Origin: Haliotis cracherodii
Lineage: Eukaryota
Assembly (NCBI RefSeq): GCF_022045235.1
Contig: NW_027266319.1
Location: 59,024,001 to 59,088,000, forward strand
Direction: 5' to 3'
DNA length: 64,000 nucleotides
Shown one piece after another: positions 12,344 to 25,080 of the stretch (its first letter is position 1; each line of letters opens with the position of its first letter). Position numbers and translations under genes: made by a program. A model generated the notes under the pieces. The model made no database searches. It saw only the letters and a program-made list of their open reading frames with translations, and was not told the origin of the DNA.

Positions 12344-14959
12344 AGCAGATCCGTAAATAATCAATATAATTAACCATGTCAAGTTGGTTAGCGGCCTGTA
12401 CGGATAGCATGATGTCATTTACTTGTCACATCACAACTGACTATGTCTGCACTGCTGAAAGTCCAGGTGTCACTTTGGGACCATTAAGCTTGTACAGCAG
12501 TGATAGATGTAACTAATATTATTAACAGTAAACATGTCATTTTTCACTGAAATATCTATTTCGTACTTATGCCATGGGGGAAATCAATATTCAATCCCTG
12601 AAATTCCATGATATTTTTGCTCGCAAAAGTTTTCTACTGCTTCTATAATGTACTTTCAGTTATCATTTTAATGCTGATCAAAATGCAACAAGCTTTTCAA
12701 GTTAAGTAACAACGCTGCACAGCCAAAAAACATTTTCAGGGTGCTTCAGTGAACTAGTTATGTCAATATTGTAGTTTCAAACAATGAGTGTCCAAAATGG
12801 ATATCTAGTTTTATGCTATGCCTACTTATTGATGACCTTATATTCACAAAAGCTTATTCAATATTACAAAAAGTATATGAAACTTTATATACATAACCTA
12901 ACTACATGTACCTTGTTTGATATCCAACTTTCATCTACAGTTGTCCGTTGATGTCAACTTGGTAAATAATAACAAACTACCTATTCAGTCCGCTTGCTCC
13001 AGTTAATGGCATCATGGGGAAATGGCATGTCCAGTTCATGTTCAGTAGGCCGACTATCATGAACAAGTTCAAGCCCGAGTGATCGTAACCAAACCAAGTT
13101 GTACTACAGAACACATACAGGAATCTATTTGTGGTTTATCTCCCTTGGACTACAAATAACTTCATTCTTGAAATCCACTGTCTACTGTCATTTAGCAAAG
13201 AGAACTGTTTAATCAACAGATAATAAATATTTAAAAAAAATGTAAGACATAATGCTTGGCAAGCCAGTTATACACTATTTGTGATTATGAATAGTAAATA
13301 AATAAAGTATCAATATGAAATATTTCAATTCATTAAAATCTGCATACAGTTTAGAACTGCTCACAATAGAGTCACATATATATTGTTGCCTACTCAATCT
13401 GTGCCAAAACCTTGTCTGCTAGTGAGTGAGTGAGTTGGATTTAATGCTGCTTTTAACAGTATTATAGTTATATTGCTGCATGTCAGCTTAATGTGGGAGA
13501 AAAGCCCCAAGTGATGCAGGTCTCAGACTTTTACCACTTTGGTGAAACCCATGAGTACGGGTATGGTGCTGACAAACCTAGAAACATAATCGGCGCGAAT
13601 CAGGATTCGAACACACAATCATAGGTTTCTGGCATGCCCAAAGGGATGCGACTCTGCACAGCGAATCGCTGCGCCTGAGACAACTGGCGTGACCCCCTTT
13701 GCCTACATGAAGGTGTCTCCGAATATCACTTTCAGTTGGTCTTATTGTTCACATAAGGACTATATTAGCTGACCATACCAAACCAAACAATGTATTTCTT
13801 GACTAGGGGTTCAGAGTAGCGGCTGAAGTCGCAGATCACCTGACATTTCAGAGTAATTACAAAGAAACCATCAACTCCCTCATAACATAAGAGTGAAATA
13901 CTGTCATCATGACAGTCAGTAATGTTCCAGAATATCATCTCCCTGTTAATAATCAGATCTGAAAAAGGGACACTCCAGTTTTTGTTAGCAAATGCAAGGA
14001 TCCACATTGTCAGGATACCAAGACAATTCTCATTGGGGTTGCTTCTCCAAGGGACCTGTTACTGTTAGTGATTTCTATGAATTCACAAACTACTGTGGAA
14101 ATGGCATCAGTGAGTGCCTAGGTAACATAATTGCATAGTTCTTCTAACACCAGAGTTCGAAATTGACATAAGTCTGCCAGTGTGAGACTAGTGAAATCCA
14201 TGAACACCTAGTGGCATATCCTTGTGGACTACCACTGTTACCATTAGGTACATGGCAACTCAATAGCAGAATATATTTGTAGACTAATGAAAATACAAAT
14301 AATCTTCCCGGTACAGTTTCAAAATATTCAAATATGTAACTTGTCGTTTGTAAGTTTGTGAGATAAGTAGAAGTTCATAATCCAATTGATAGGAAAGGAA
14401 TTTTGAATTACTACTAATCCATCTGAAATACTTACTACTGGCAATGTTGGAAAGACAAAAATTTCAAACATTGATCAACCAGCATATAGCTCGGATGTAC
14501 TGCACAGCAGATCTTCCTGATTTACAGCTAGACTAAACAAGTCCTATTTCCTGTTTATCAATGTTTTGCAACACTTGCTTTTTATCACTATGAAAGTACT
14601 TAGTCCCCTAAACAAATGGCAAAAAAACCAAAAACAGAGCATGTCAGAGCAAAGTAACTGAAATGACCCGAGACATCAATGCAATTGCAAAGGAGCTTCA
14701 AACATACCGAGGTAAATAAAACAATCTGACTGTTTAGCAAGGCAACCTGTACAAACATTATGTGAATACTGCCATATAATCACTATGCCAGAAGCCAGTA
14801 ATCTATGAAGCAGCTGGTGGTATGAACTGATATGGGATCCACTAGTTATATAAACCTGTGATGAAAAACACCAAGCAGGAGGGATATCACATCATCTCTC
14901 TAAGGACTCTATGCAATCATTGAAATGTGTACATTATCTAAATTGCATACTTGTTCAAT

Positions 14960-15110
14960 GCAGGAGTACTGCTGGAGACAAATGGCATCATTCACCTGAT
15001 GAAGGAGTTAGCATATACTCCCAAACGTTGTGTTCCTCATAATAAAGAAGTTGACCTCCATATATTCTCTTCCTTATGTGTATCACTTCTAAATGCCTTT
15101 CAAAGACCTG
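14960..15110 (+). mobile_element. Penelope-like terminal remnant with degenerate hammerhead core
   Basis: cac-CTGATGA-a-GGAGT-loop-ACTCC-cAAAC-GTT-gtg, then aataaagaagttg and acttctaaatgcc..caaagac, motifs shared with 17590-17730 and 60820-60900. Confidence 0.5.
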
Positions 15111-16504
15111 AGGATATTTCTGGATTAGAAGTCAGATGTAAATATGACCCGTGAACTGCTAAGAAACTGAACACGTGGGGACAGAGAACCCTTCAGAAAA
15201 ATAAACAAGGGGTCATTGTCAAAACTTATTGGACCACACTCTGACTCTAAGAGATCATATAGAACAATAGACTGAATTTTCGCAGGCATCTTTCTCAGAT
15301 ATTATAAATTGACGCAACAACATCCTATGTCATATATATTTAGCCTCAACAGTTTGTGATCATTGCTGTTTGCTTGTCTCTCCAAGGTACTTGTATTAAA
15401 AATTACAATGTAGCTTTGTCACTGAATTATATTTCACATGATTTATACAAAGCTGACATGTTGTAGTATTTCTTTCTGAGTTATCTTGCAACCATCTGTA
15501 GTCATAAAACCAGGTATGCTAAAAATTTCGACTTTTCCAGCTTTTCTACCTTTACGCTGTCTCTCAACATGGTCACTCTCAGGTGGGCCATGCAACACAT
15601 TCTGTGTATCGCTAACATAACTTGTGGTCTGTGATTCTACGATACCTGGGTCATTTGAAGCAGAAACATCTTTGGCATTATCAGTACTGTGACTACTATA
15701 TTTGCAAAACTGTGTAAACTTGATTCTGATTGGACTATTTTTTACTATCAGCTAAGGTGCTGATAGTAAATTGAGACCCATAAGGCAACACAAATCTCAA
15801 GATTCACATTCTATAATAGAAGCAGCGAAGTGATGTAAACTGTTTTATGACAGTAAGTGACTTCCATAATTATATGAAATAAACAGATCCACATGAATGC
15901 GCCCCTTGTCCCACTGAGAGTAAATCGATAAGATATTGTGAAAATCCTGTTAGGCTGCTGCCTCAGCAGAACACTTAATGTCTGTGATTATTGCTATGGA
16001 TAACAATTTCTTAATTATACAATATATTAAAGAAGCTGTTATTAATAATAATACTCATTGTCGTGACTTTCAACTGTTAAGTGTTTCTTATCAATCTGAC
16101 AGAAGCTTAAATTGGACACCAGTCTGAGAGAATAACAATCACATCATTAGAGTGAACATTATATTAATTGCAATTGTAAACTTCCTATGAGTGCTGCATC
16201 AATCTCAGGCAACTGATAGCAGACATCACAACTAGGTTATGGATAAACAGTTAAAATGACTCATAACTTTAACCTGTTCCCGAGAGTGTATGTGTATCAC
16301 ATAGCAATCATTGTGTCCTGACACAAATCATAACACTTGCTAACTCTATCACAATACAGGTACCTTTAACAGCTGACAGTTCTCACAACTGGCTTCTTTT
16401 TCCTATAACAGTGATAGATGTTCCACTTCAACAGAAGTTTGAAGCTATTAGTCTGGATAGCAAGCACAATGATAAAAGTTATGGAGGAATTAAGACAGAT
16501 CTAG

Positions 16505-17010
16505 CAGAGCTCCAGATAAGCTGCGTATCTGCGTAAAATACGCATCAGAAATGCAAAAATATGCAGTAAAATATAATCCAAGCGTATCAAATACACAACG
16601 AACATTACAGATACGCTACAAAAATAAAACTTGTGCGTATCATCAAAATATTGTGAAGTAACTCTGCGTATTCGATTAGCAAATGAGCAACTTATTTTGA
16701 AATTATAAGCTGGCATTCCGTCAACCTTGCCAAACTCCACGATGACAGTCAGATCATGATCATTTGCCATCACACTTTCTTGTGGAAGTATCGTGGTATT
16801 TTTGAGTCCTATAAAGCTCTCGAACCCACACGACACCAGTTTGCAGGGACTAGATAAATAGTGTTTTTAAATATTTAACTTAAATACCCACATGTGTAAA
16901 AACTAGTAGGTAACAGAAATTTGAATACGCAGATAGAATTACTGATACCCAATGATTTTAAAATGCATGGGTAAAATACCCACAACACCAAAAGCTTATC
17001 TGGACCTCTG
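16505..17010. mobile_element. MITE with 16-bp TIR and 7-bp TSD
   Basis: cagagctccagataag / cttatctggacctctg; TSD gatctag on both sides (16498-16504 / 17011-17017); subterminal tgcgtat repeats; partial copy at ~49355-49487. Confidence 0.85.
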
Positions 17011-18895
17011 GATCTAGCTTATCAATTTTATAAGTTAATTGAGGACCCTATAATTATCAACCTTTTGTGATCTTATATGAAGTTCCATTCGTATCTCACA
17101 GTTGATAAATTATTTCATATACCTGTCAAATGGAACTGATCAAAAGCATGGGCATTTACCAAAAGTCAGGATGTGTTGCTAACTCTTGATATTGCCCCAT
17201 GAAAGAATCTTACTGTCTTAGCCCTTTGACTAGTTTGAGCAGCCCTTACTATTCTAAGGATCTGTTTTATCTGTATGGATGGGATGTGTAAATTTTTTTT
17301 TTAAACTTGCCCAAAACTTTGCCAAACCTGTCTTTCAGTATCTAGCTTAGTTGATACAAGTATTAAAATTATAGATATAGAATATTATGGGCTGAGTGGT
17401 TAAACATGTATGGATTCCATATAAATAAGCTGATATTTTATGTATATCTTATAGTTTTATGGCAAACTAATATTGATCAATCATAGAATTATCCCTGAAA
17501 AGTACAGGGTAAAACTAGAAAACTAGAATTTCGATGTAGAAGTCAAAGATGAAAACATTTAAAAGATCTCAAGATAAAAATCCCAGACTTGGCCGCAAGC
17601 ATGATCCGATTCACCTATTGAAGGGGCAAGAAGTAGTCTGAAACGTCATTACAAGAATAAAGAAGTTGTTATTCATCAAAATGTGTCATGTATCCATGTT
17701 CTTCCCACTTCTAAATGCAAATCAAAGACATGATCAAAGTATTTACAGAAGATTTTACTCTTAAATATAAAGGAAACAACAAAATGTTTAACAGCCTTAA
17801 GGAAAAATACAACTATCTTTGACAAACACTATATGTTATGAGATTGCTCTATGAAAAGTGACACCATATCAAACTTAAAGCAAATATTTACTTCCTTCTC
17901 TTCATTTAGCAATTTTAACTATGGCATGGGATGTCACATCCAGTAATTCAAACTAGACTAAGTTAACCTGTATAGTGAAATAGAGAAATAACTAGTTACT
18001 TTCTCAAGTGTCTCTTTTTCAAACCGAGTACTAAATAACTACTAATCATGCCAACATAAATTAATTGTTAAGAGACATAGATACCTCAAAATGAAGCCTC
18101 CTCTCTTTGAGATGTTTAACTTTTTATCTGCAGACGCATAATCTATCATTATTTAATGCACATTTATTATGAGTGTTGTGTATCACATTGCACGGGGGCC
18201 TATCCTGCATGCAGTCATATTTCCAAAACATTTGTGGGCTGAAATCACAAAATGTCCAGTTGATTAATTAATATTTGCAACATCGTATTTTCTCACTTTA
18301 CAATATTATTTTCTCACTCCAAATAAAGAAACCACAATCAACATGGAATTATCTGACACATATTTTCAACTTTCAAAGTCATATTCTGTCATACTATTAT
18401 CAAAACTTTGTAAAGGTTGCACTCTCTTTTAATTAAGTGAAATAAGTATGTTGAAATTGATTAGTATAATGATGATTTTCTTCATTTGTAAATTATATTC
18501 CTAGAAACTCTCAGAGTTTTGTGTCATCAATTAAAAGCAACCATGCTACTGACACAGTTTCAGTTTTCATACATCCCTAGTCGCTATTACCCAATATTAC
18601 TTCAGCCATGATGAAACCATCTGAAAATGACATCATTGGGAACTACTTTTACATCAACATATATTTATTTGGAACCGTTTTGCTTTACGACGCAAATGCC
18701 AAGGTCAGGGATGAAATGAAATGGCCATGGCCTTATTTTGTTCTGATAGCGGTGTAGGAGTAAGGCGGGAGTTTGCATTTCGCCTTTGGCAGACGACGCG
18801 AATTAGTTGTAAACAACGAACGATTCCAGACAGAAAACGGAATCGGCGAAATGCATTATTAAAAACCCATTGATATCACTGACAAGTATACATAC

Positions 18896-19015
18896 CCATT
18901 CATTACTCTTAGAACTAAACGAATATAACGCAACTTGCGACGCAGTGTCTGCTATTTCAGTAATATATGGATCTCGCTGCTGCAGAGTCGCTAGGTTCAT
19001 TCGACTTTCCGCCAT
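18896..19015 (-). CDS. DCP1: DCP1 coding exon 1 (mRNA-decapping enzyme subunit 1, start of EVH1 domain)
   Basis: 120 nt encode MAESRMNLATLQQRDPYITEIADTASQVALYSFSSKSNEW, matching the DCP1A/B N-terminus (L..L...DPYI..I.D....VALY.F.....W). Start context aaacATGG; phase-0 donor TGG|GTATGT at 18895. Confidence 0.95.
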
Positions 19016-19496
19016 GTTTTCAGTCTCAGTACAGGTGCGCGCTGAAAACAGTTCCGGGCTGAAGGCGAAGGCCGTTTTTTGCATGCCACATAAACATTAT
19101 TTTATTTGCAGAAATAAAATCGATTGTCAGATGTAATATAATTCCTTAAATTATAGAAACTCAAATCTATATTTATTGACCCATTTATAGTTCTATTTTA
19201 TTTTTACGATAAAATATTCTACATAAATATTTTTGCAAGAATTTCAATTTTAATTGACAACATATGCAAAAATTCTGTATTTTTGCCGATATTTCCGTAC
19301 ACACCTCATATTTTGGATGGATTTTATGGTGTATATTGGCCGGGGTTTTGAAAAAGTCTGAAAACCAAAGAATGGTACCGATCAGAAAGCCCCGGATGAA
19401 AATGCGATATTTGTAGGTTTACCAGAAAAATGGAGGAAACCAAGAGATAGGGCCAAATATTTTGTTTGGAACGACAGATTCCCGTGGTTCCTCACA

Positions 19497-19515
19497 ATGG
19501 CCTCTGCGGCATCAG
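19497..19515 (+). CDS. CACNA1D: Probable first coding exon of the Cav1 gene (MASAAS-G)
   Basis: acaATGG Kozak context, ATG GCC TCT GCG GCA TCA G|gtactt. The phase-1 donor joins the phase-1 acceptor at 29391 (G+GG = Gly) in frame. Lies in the CpG-rich promoter zone. No transcript evidence available. Confidence 0.6.
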
Positions 19516-21041
19516 GTACTTATTTTCTCTTTAATAATATTTGCTTTATTCTATCGTATATTGTGTTATCTTTTATAAATTAGAAGCGGAAATGTTTCGG
19601 TTGCTGATGAAGATTCTGACGAAAAACATGGCAGCGTAGAATTTTCTCCATGTTCCTCACGAATTTCTTTGGGGGTAGTGGATTCATGCATTCATACCCG
19701 ACCACCACTCGTGCATGCTAAAACGTATTTATTTGCAACATATAGCGTCTCTGTTGCATTGATTACGAGAGCCGCAGGATGGCGACTGTGACAGCGAACG
19801 ACACAAGGACATTTTGTCATAATTCGTGTTTCCAGGCAGACATAACCAAAATCACACAGTCGGTGGCAATCTCGGTGTTTTCACAAGATGCATATACTCG
19901 TCTATATTTTAATGTAATTAAAGGTTAGGGTAACCTACTTTGGGTAAACGTAGCCGTATATTCTTATAGATCGATAGTACAACAATTATTCATTGTTTTA
20001 TAAGACATAACGAAAATCACTTAGATTGTGTTTTCACTCGAATTATGTATAAGTCTTAGTGAAAAAAAGTTTTTGCACAACACAAAGTGAATGTTGCATC
20101 TACATAACGTATCCTGCTTCATCCTCTATATTATCAATGATGTCTAGATTAGTTTACTGGTGGATTTTTGTTGTTTTTATTTCAATTTCTTGTAATTTTT
20201 TGCATTATTGTTACCATTTTTGGAAAACATTACAGACAAATAAAAGTTGAACACTTTTTCATTTGTCAACATGGTCAAAATGAAGTTTATTAACATGATT
20301 AAGAAAATTAAATCAATCTGATTTTACTTTTCTGCATGTTATGGAGGTGATAGTAACACATCTCAATTTGTTACCATTAAATAGAGCTATTATACTCATG
20401 TGTGCAACAATGTAGGTCTTGTTTTAGCTTATGGTGAAATTTGTTGTCAGCTTCTTTTGACACAGTGTCTCACTTTGTGCACCATATATGGAGAGATCAT
20501 TGTTTAAGATAAGATAATAACCATATTCTAAATGAATACAAGGTTCTTGGAGTTACTATGTCATGATATTTTCTGGAAACTTAAATGAAGCTTTGAAGCT
20601 AAATATATGGAAATATGTATAATTATGTTAATATTTAATTATGAAAAATAATAGTAAGACTTCATATATTCTAGCTTGATATGTTGTATCACATGTCATA
20701 TCCAACATGCCCAGATAAAACCAGCATCAAACCGTAGGTGGAAATTCTAACAGGATACATTTTTGTGATATTCTGATGATATTAGAAATCTAATCTGCAT
20801 GTGACAAAGAGGACATATGAAACAAGAAATAGTACAGATATAGCTTACAGAAGACAACTTACTAGTTTTTCAAAGGGAAGGCCTAGGACCCCAGGCTTAT
20901 GTCAAAAGTTGTTCAAGAGGTATCTGGTAGACAAATGGCAGGTTAGAATTTTTTACCTGATATTTTATTTCGAAGTGTTTAGTTTCACTTTTGATTAGAC
21001 TATACAGATGATGTGGCATGGCTATGATATATATGTACATA

Positions 21042-21594
21042 ATGTAGGACTCAGATCTGGCGGAGTCTCAGGTCTAGGTGGATTCAGCCCAGCAGAAAAA
21101 GAAAACAGAAATTGAAAGCCACTAAAGCCCCTTCCTTTTCAAATGATATTTTAGAAATCCAAGAAGTTCCTCATTTTAAGGGTTTGAATCCTGGAAGCTT
21201 GAAAATATTCATGATTTTATCAACTCCAGCAAATGAGTAGAAAAAAATATTTCTATTATGAGGCTTAGGGGAACGTGTTTTAAGAAAAGTACCGATTTGC
21301 GATCCCTGCACCGAAGATGCTGTTTCAAAGGTGTAACGACAAAAAATAATACAGAGATGTCACAATAATGATCATCAAAAGCCTGCCGCTATATATGAAT
21401 CTATATGACGTTTAACGCTATAGAAATTGACATTTATAAATATTATATGTTAATCTGCCATAGATCTAAGTATCTAAGTATAATATCTGCCCCATATGTT
21501 TAATCTACCATAGATCGGAGTATGCGCCGATATTTGCCCTATTTGTGGAATCTGCCATAGATCTGAGAATCCACCACGGGTCAGGGTCCTACAT
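21042..21594. mobile_element. MITE with ~45-bp imperfect TIRs
   Basis: atgtaggactcagatctggcggagtctcaggtcta / tagatctgagaatccaccacgggtcagggtcctacat; internal repeats aatctgccatagatc near the right end. Confidence 0.65.
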
Positions 21595-21726
21595 ATGTGA
21601 AACATAAAACTTGCAGATTCCTTGCAAAATTGTCAGTTATTTTGAGTGTGACCCACACTGATTAGCATTGCATCAACAGCTCAAATTAAGTATCAGGAAA
21701 CATGTCATATCATGACTAAGGTATTG

Positions 21727-21977
21727 TGTTCGTTTGTTTGTTTGTTGTTTAACGCCACACTCAGCAATATTCCAGCTATATGACAGCGGTCTGTGAATAA
21801 TCAAGTCTGGACCAGAAAATCTAGTGATTGACATCATGAGCATTGATCCATACATTTGGGATACGATGACATGCATCAACCAAGTCAGCGAGCTTGACCT
21901 CCTGATCCCGTTAGTCGCCTCTTACGACAAGCACGGTCGCCTTTTACAGCATGTGTGGGTTGCTGAAGACCTATTCT
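21727..21977 (-). mobile_element. SINE family B copy
   Basis: Colinear with the family; degenerate TSD ctaaggtattg / ctaaagtactg. Confidence 0.85.
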
Positions 21978-22042
21978 ACCCCAGATCTTCTTGGGTCCTA
22001 AAGTACTGATACATGAGGTCGGCACTGGTCAGTTCTGGGTTA

Positions 22043-22206
22043 AGGGGGCAGTGGGGTAGCCTAGTGGTTAAAGCGTTAGCTCGTCACGCCGAAGACCCGG
22101 GTTCGATTCCCGACATGGGTACAATGTGTGAAGCCCATTTCTGGTGTCCCCCGCCGTGATATTGCTGGAATATTGCTAAAAGCGGCGTAAAACCATACTC
22201 ACTCAC
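22043..22206 (+). mobile_element. tRNA-derived SINE family A (~165 bp, (ACTC)n tail), inserted in the head of a family B copy
   Basis: A box tagcctagtgg, B box ggttcgattcc; 14-bp TSD tcagttctgggtta (22029-22042 / 22207-22220). Confidence 0.92.
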
Positions 22207-22451
22207 TCAGTTCTGGGTTAGAGTTGGTCTTCATAACCCATAATCAAGGTTTCGCAACCTACATTTGTCGTAAGAGGTGACTAACAGGATCAGGTTTGCG
22301 GACTTGGTTGATGAAAGTCATTGTATCCCAATTGCTTAATTTGATGTTTATGATGTCAATCACTGGATTGTCTGGTTACAAACAACTGTCCTATAGCTGG
22401 AATATTGCTGTGTGATTGATAAACAAGAACAAACAAATATGAGGTCGATGT

Positions 22452-22872
22452 TAGGGCTGGGATGGGTAACTCGGGTACTCGGGTCGGGTGGTTCCTGAGT
22501 AGGACCTGGGTACCCACAGGACTGCCCGGACCCGTGGATAGTCATGTGATATATTGTTTAATGGCGAAAAATTATCTAGAACTTCCACGGTTAAACGATA
22601 AGTGACTTATGTTCGCATTTCTTTCTGACTATGCATGCATTCCTTCTGACTTCATATGTTTGAATAGAGGTAAAACTTCAGTCAACTTCAGTGTATGCAT
22701 GACCAGATCGTTTCATACGAGTATCTAAATACCTATTGCCACGGCTAGGGTCAAACTATTCCCAACCTGACATTTGTACCTATTTCCTGAGACCAACAGT
22801 CGGTACCTTGGTAGGGTCGGGTAATAGTTGGGTTGGTACCTGGGTGATAAATTTGGACTCGTCCCAGCCCTA
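22452..22872. mobile_element. Non-autonomous hAT-type MITE
   Basis: TIR tagggctggga / tcccagcccta; 8-bp TSD gtcgatgt / gtcgttgt; subterminal gggta/taccc repeats. Confidence 0.85.
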
Positions 22873-24834
22873 GTCGTTGTACAGGGACAATCCTGGACTG
22901 TTATCAATATATTAACTGCATATCATTGAGAATTACACATTTTTAGCTAAAATGATTTGATATATGAGAGAGCCCAGAATTAATAAGCTTCAGCAATGAG
23001 TTGACCACCAGCTGGTATGTGCAACAGTACATTCCTAACACATTTGTCAGCGGTTGAAAGCACTGACCTGATTTTTGAAGTTGAGCCTTTAATGACTGAA
23101 CATGTGAAGCACTGTGTTGTGACAGAACCTACGAAATATTGTGATCAGCAGAACCGTTCTGGGTCAGACTAAATGGAGCTGGACCGAAAAAAGTGACATA
23201 CTGATCATTATCATGTTGGAACAATGTGTGTCTCACTCAATGATTGTTACAGACGTGAGTGAGTACTGTTTAGAGACCCTGTTGGCAGTATGCCAGCAAT
23301 ATCATGTGGAGCTAAGAATGTGGTCATATTGTATCCATGGATAGAATCAAACCCAGATCTTCGGTGTGGTGAGCAAATGCATTAATTACTACCACCCCAC
23401 CATCTTTCTCAGCAGAAGTACAAACTCCGACCACAAGTCCGTATATGTATTGTAGAAATCTTTGCTATCCCACTAGTCCTGTCGAAACTATTTGGTTGAG
23501 GCTGTGAGACTAGTGCCAGTTTAAACAATGTTAAACAGCTGTCACAATACAAGGGTACTATTATACCCCGGCTTGTTCTTGCGTTGTTTAGGAAAAAACT
23601 ATTTTTGTTAACTATTTGTACGTGTGACAGAGGCCTTTTAATATTATTGTTGCCATTTGATGATCTAGTGCATTTCAAGTTTTACTTGCATGTTATTAAT
23701 ATGACCACCATGACCACAGTTACATCATCTTGTTACTAACTACGTTAAAGTTTTTTTAATATAAGGTTAGACATGATGACGGGGTGTTTTTTTCCTCCGA
23801 ATGTAAAAAGGATAAATAAAGTAGTGCCAAGCTTTGATATGACCTTTGAACTTTGACCATGATGACCATTCTCTTGAATTCTCAAAAAATCCATTTCTTT
23901 ACACTGTAACCATGGTAACAATCATCCCCTCACCATCCCCTGGACCACTGAAGTTGAAACTACAAAGGTTTGCTCCCACCAATGATGACACCAACATTTG
24001 TCCAAGAGATTCAATTCTAAGTTTCCTATGGCCTTCATGACAGCCATGTTGAAAATCCCATATATGGCTATAACTCAGCCATTTTCCTCAAACTGTGATG
24101 AAATTTGGTATATTTGTGGTTGGAAGTAAGACTCAACACATAAGCTCCGTTTATCTCAATGTCGTTCATTTTGACCTTGATTTGACCTATACATTTTGAG
24201 CATGCTCTTGAAGTCTCCAAGTACATTATCTTTCTGTAAACATCATTGCCTTAGAATCCACTGGAGCAATGAAGCTGAAACTTCACATGCTTCATCTGAC
24301 CAATGATGACTCCTGAATTTGTTAAATAAAACAAAATTAGTGTTAGTTTTTAGACCTAAATATTTGAATATTTGAATATCAGTGCTGACAGCAACTTTAA
24401 AGTGTCCATCTTTGTTGATATTTTAAACTGCGGTCTACATATCCAGGTGAGCTACAATGCTGTGACACTATTTGTTTGACTTTAAACTCCAGGTGAGCAC
24501 TAATTTATCATGGCCAAAGATTTATATGAGTGCATTACTGGTGTATATAGTTCATCATTATCTTATCTTGCAGTAAGATACCGGTACTCGCTTCTGATTG
24601 GTTAATGAATGGGGACAAATGAGGTACAAATTTCAAAATCCTAGCTAACGAACTTCAAATCAATTCGAATACAATGATATGATTGTTATCTCAAAACTGA
24701 AAACCTGTCAAATTTCACAAACTTAACCCGTAATGCAAGGGCATTAACTCTGAATGCGATTAAATCTGCTACCTGTCAAAAATAGGTGAAATAGATTGGT
24801 AGTCGTGCATTTTTGATACATGTACTACCAACTG

Positions 24835-25080
24835 AAGATACCTGTGAAAATCCTGGTTAGAATTGGTCTGCAGGAACCCTTGATTGTCATAAGAGGTGAC
24901 TTACGGGATATGGTTCTTAGGCTCGGTAACTTGGTTGATGCACATCTTCATGTTCTAATTGCAAAAATCGATGCTCATGATGTCATTCACTGGATTGTCT
25001 GGTCCAGACTTAAATATTTACAGACCGTCATCATATAGCTGGAATATTGCTGAGTGCAGCGTTACACAACAAACAAACAC
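24835..25080 (+). mobile_element. SINE family B copy (diverged)
   Basis: gtgaaaatcctggttagaattggtc...ggaatattgctgagtgcagcgttacacaacaaac. Other partial or diverged copies at ~1-34, 22215-22435, 25448-25560, 32618-32755, 35150-35310, 35950-36165, 39355-39580, 42520-42735. Confidence 0.8.

Larger units (their letters stand above)
18660..19900. promoter_or_regulatory. CpG-rich, repeat-free bidirectional promoter region (DCP1 <- -> Cav1)
   Basis: CpG density is visibly higher than in the flanking introns. Divergent ATGs at 19015 (-) and 19497 (+). YY1-type AANATGGC motif overlaps the DCP1 ATG (aaaacATGGCgg) and recurs near 19623. Confidence 0.7.

Noticed and set aside
19016-19084. Upstream in-frame ATG (19084) extending DCP1 by 23 aa
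   Set aside because: Poor Kozak context and no similarity to DCP1; the ATG at 19015 has strong context and matches the homolog start. Cannot be fully excluded without TSS data.
19592-19629. Hammerhead-like atgtttc...CTGATGA...GAAAaacat just inside Cav1 intron 1
   Set aside because: Stem III pairs (atgttt/aaacat), but stem I has only 5 nt and stem II cannot form adjacent to GAAA; probably chance.
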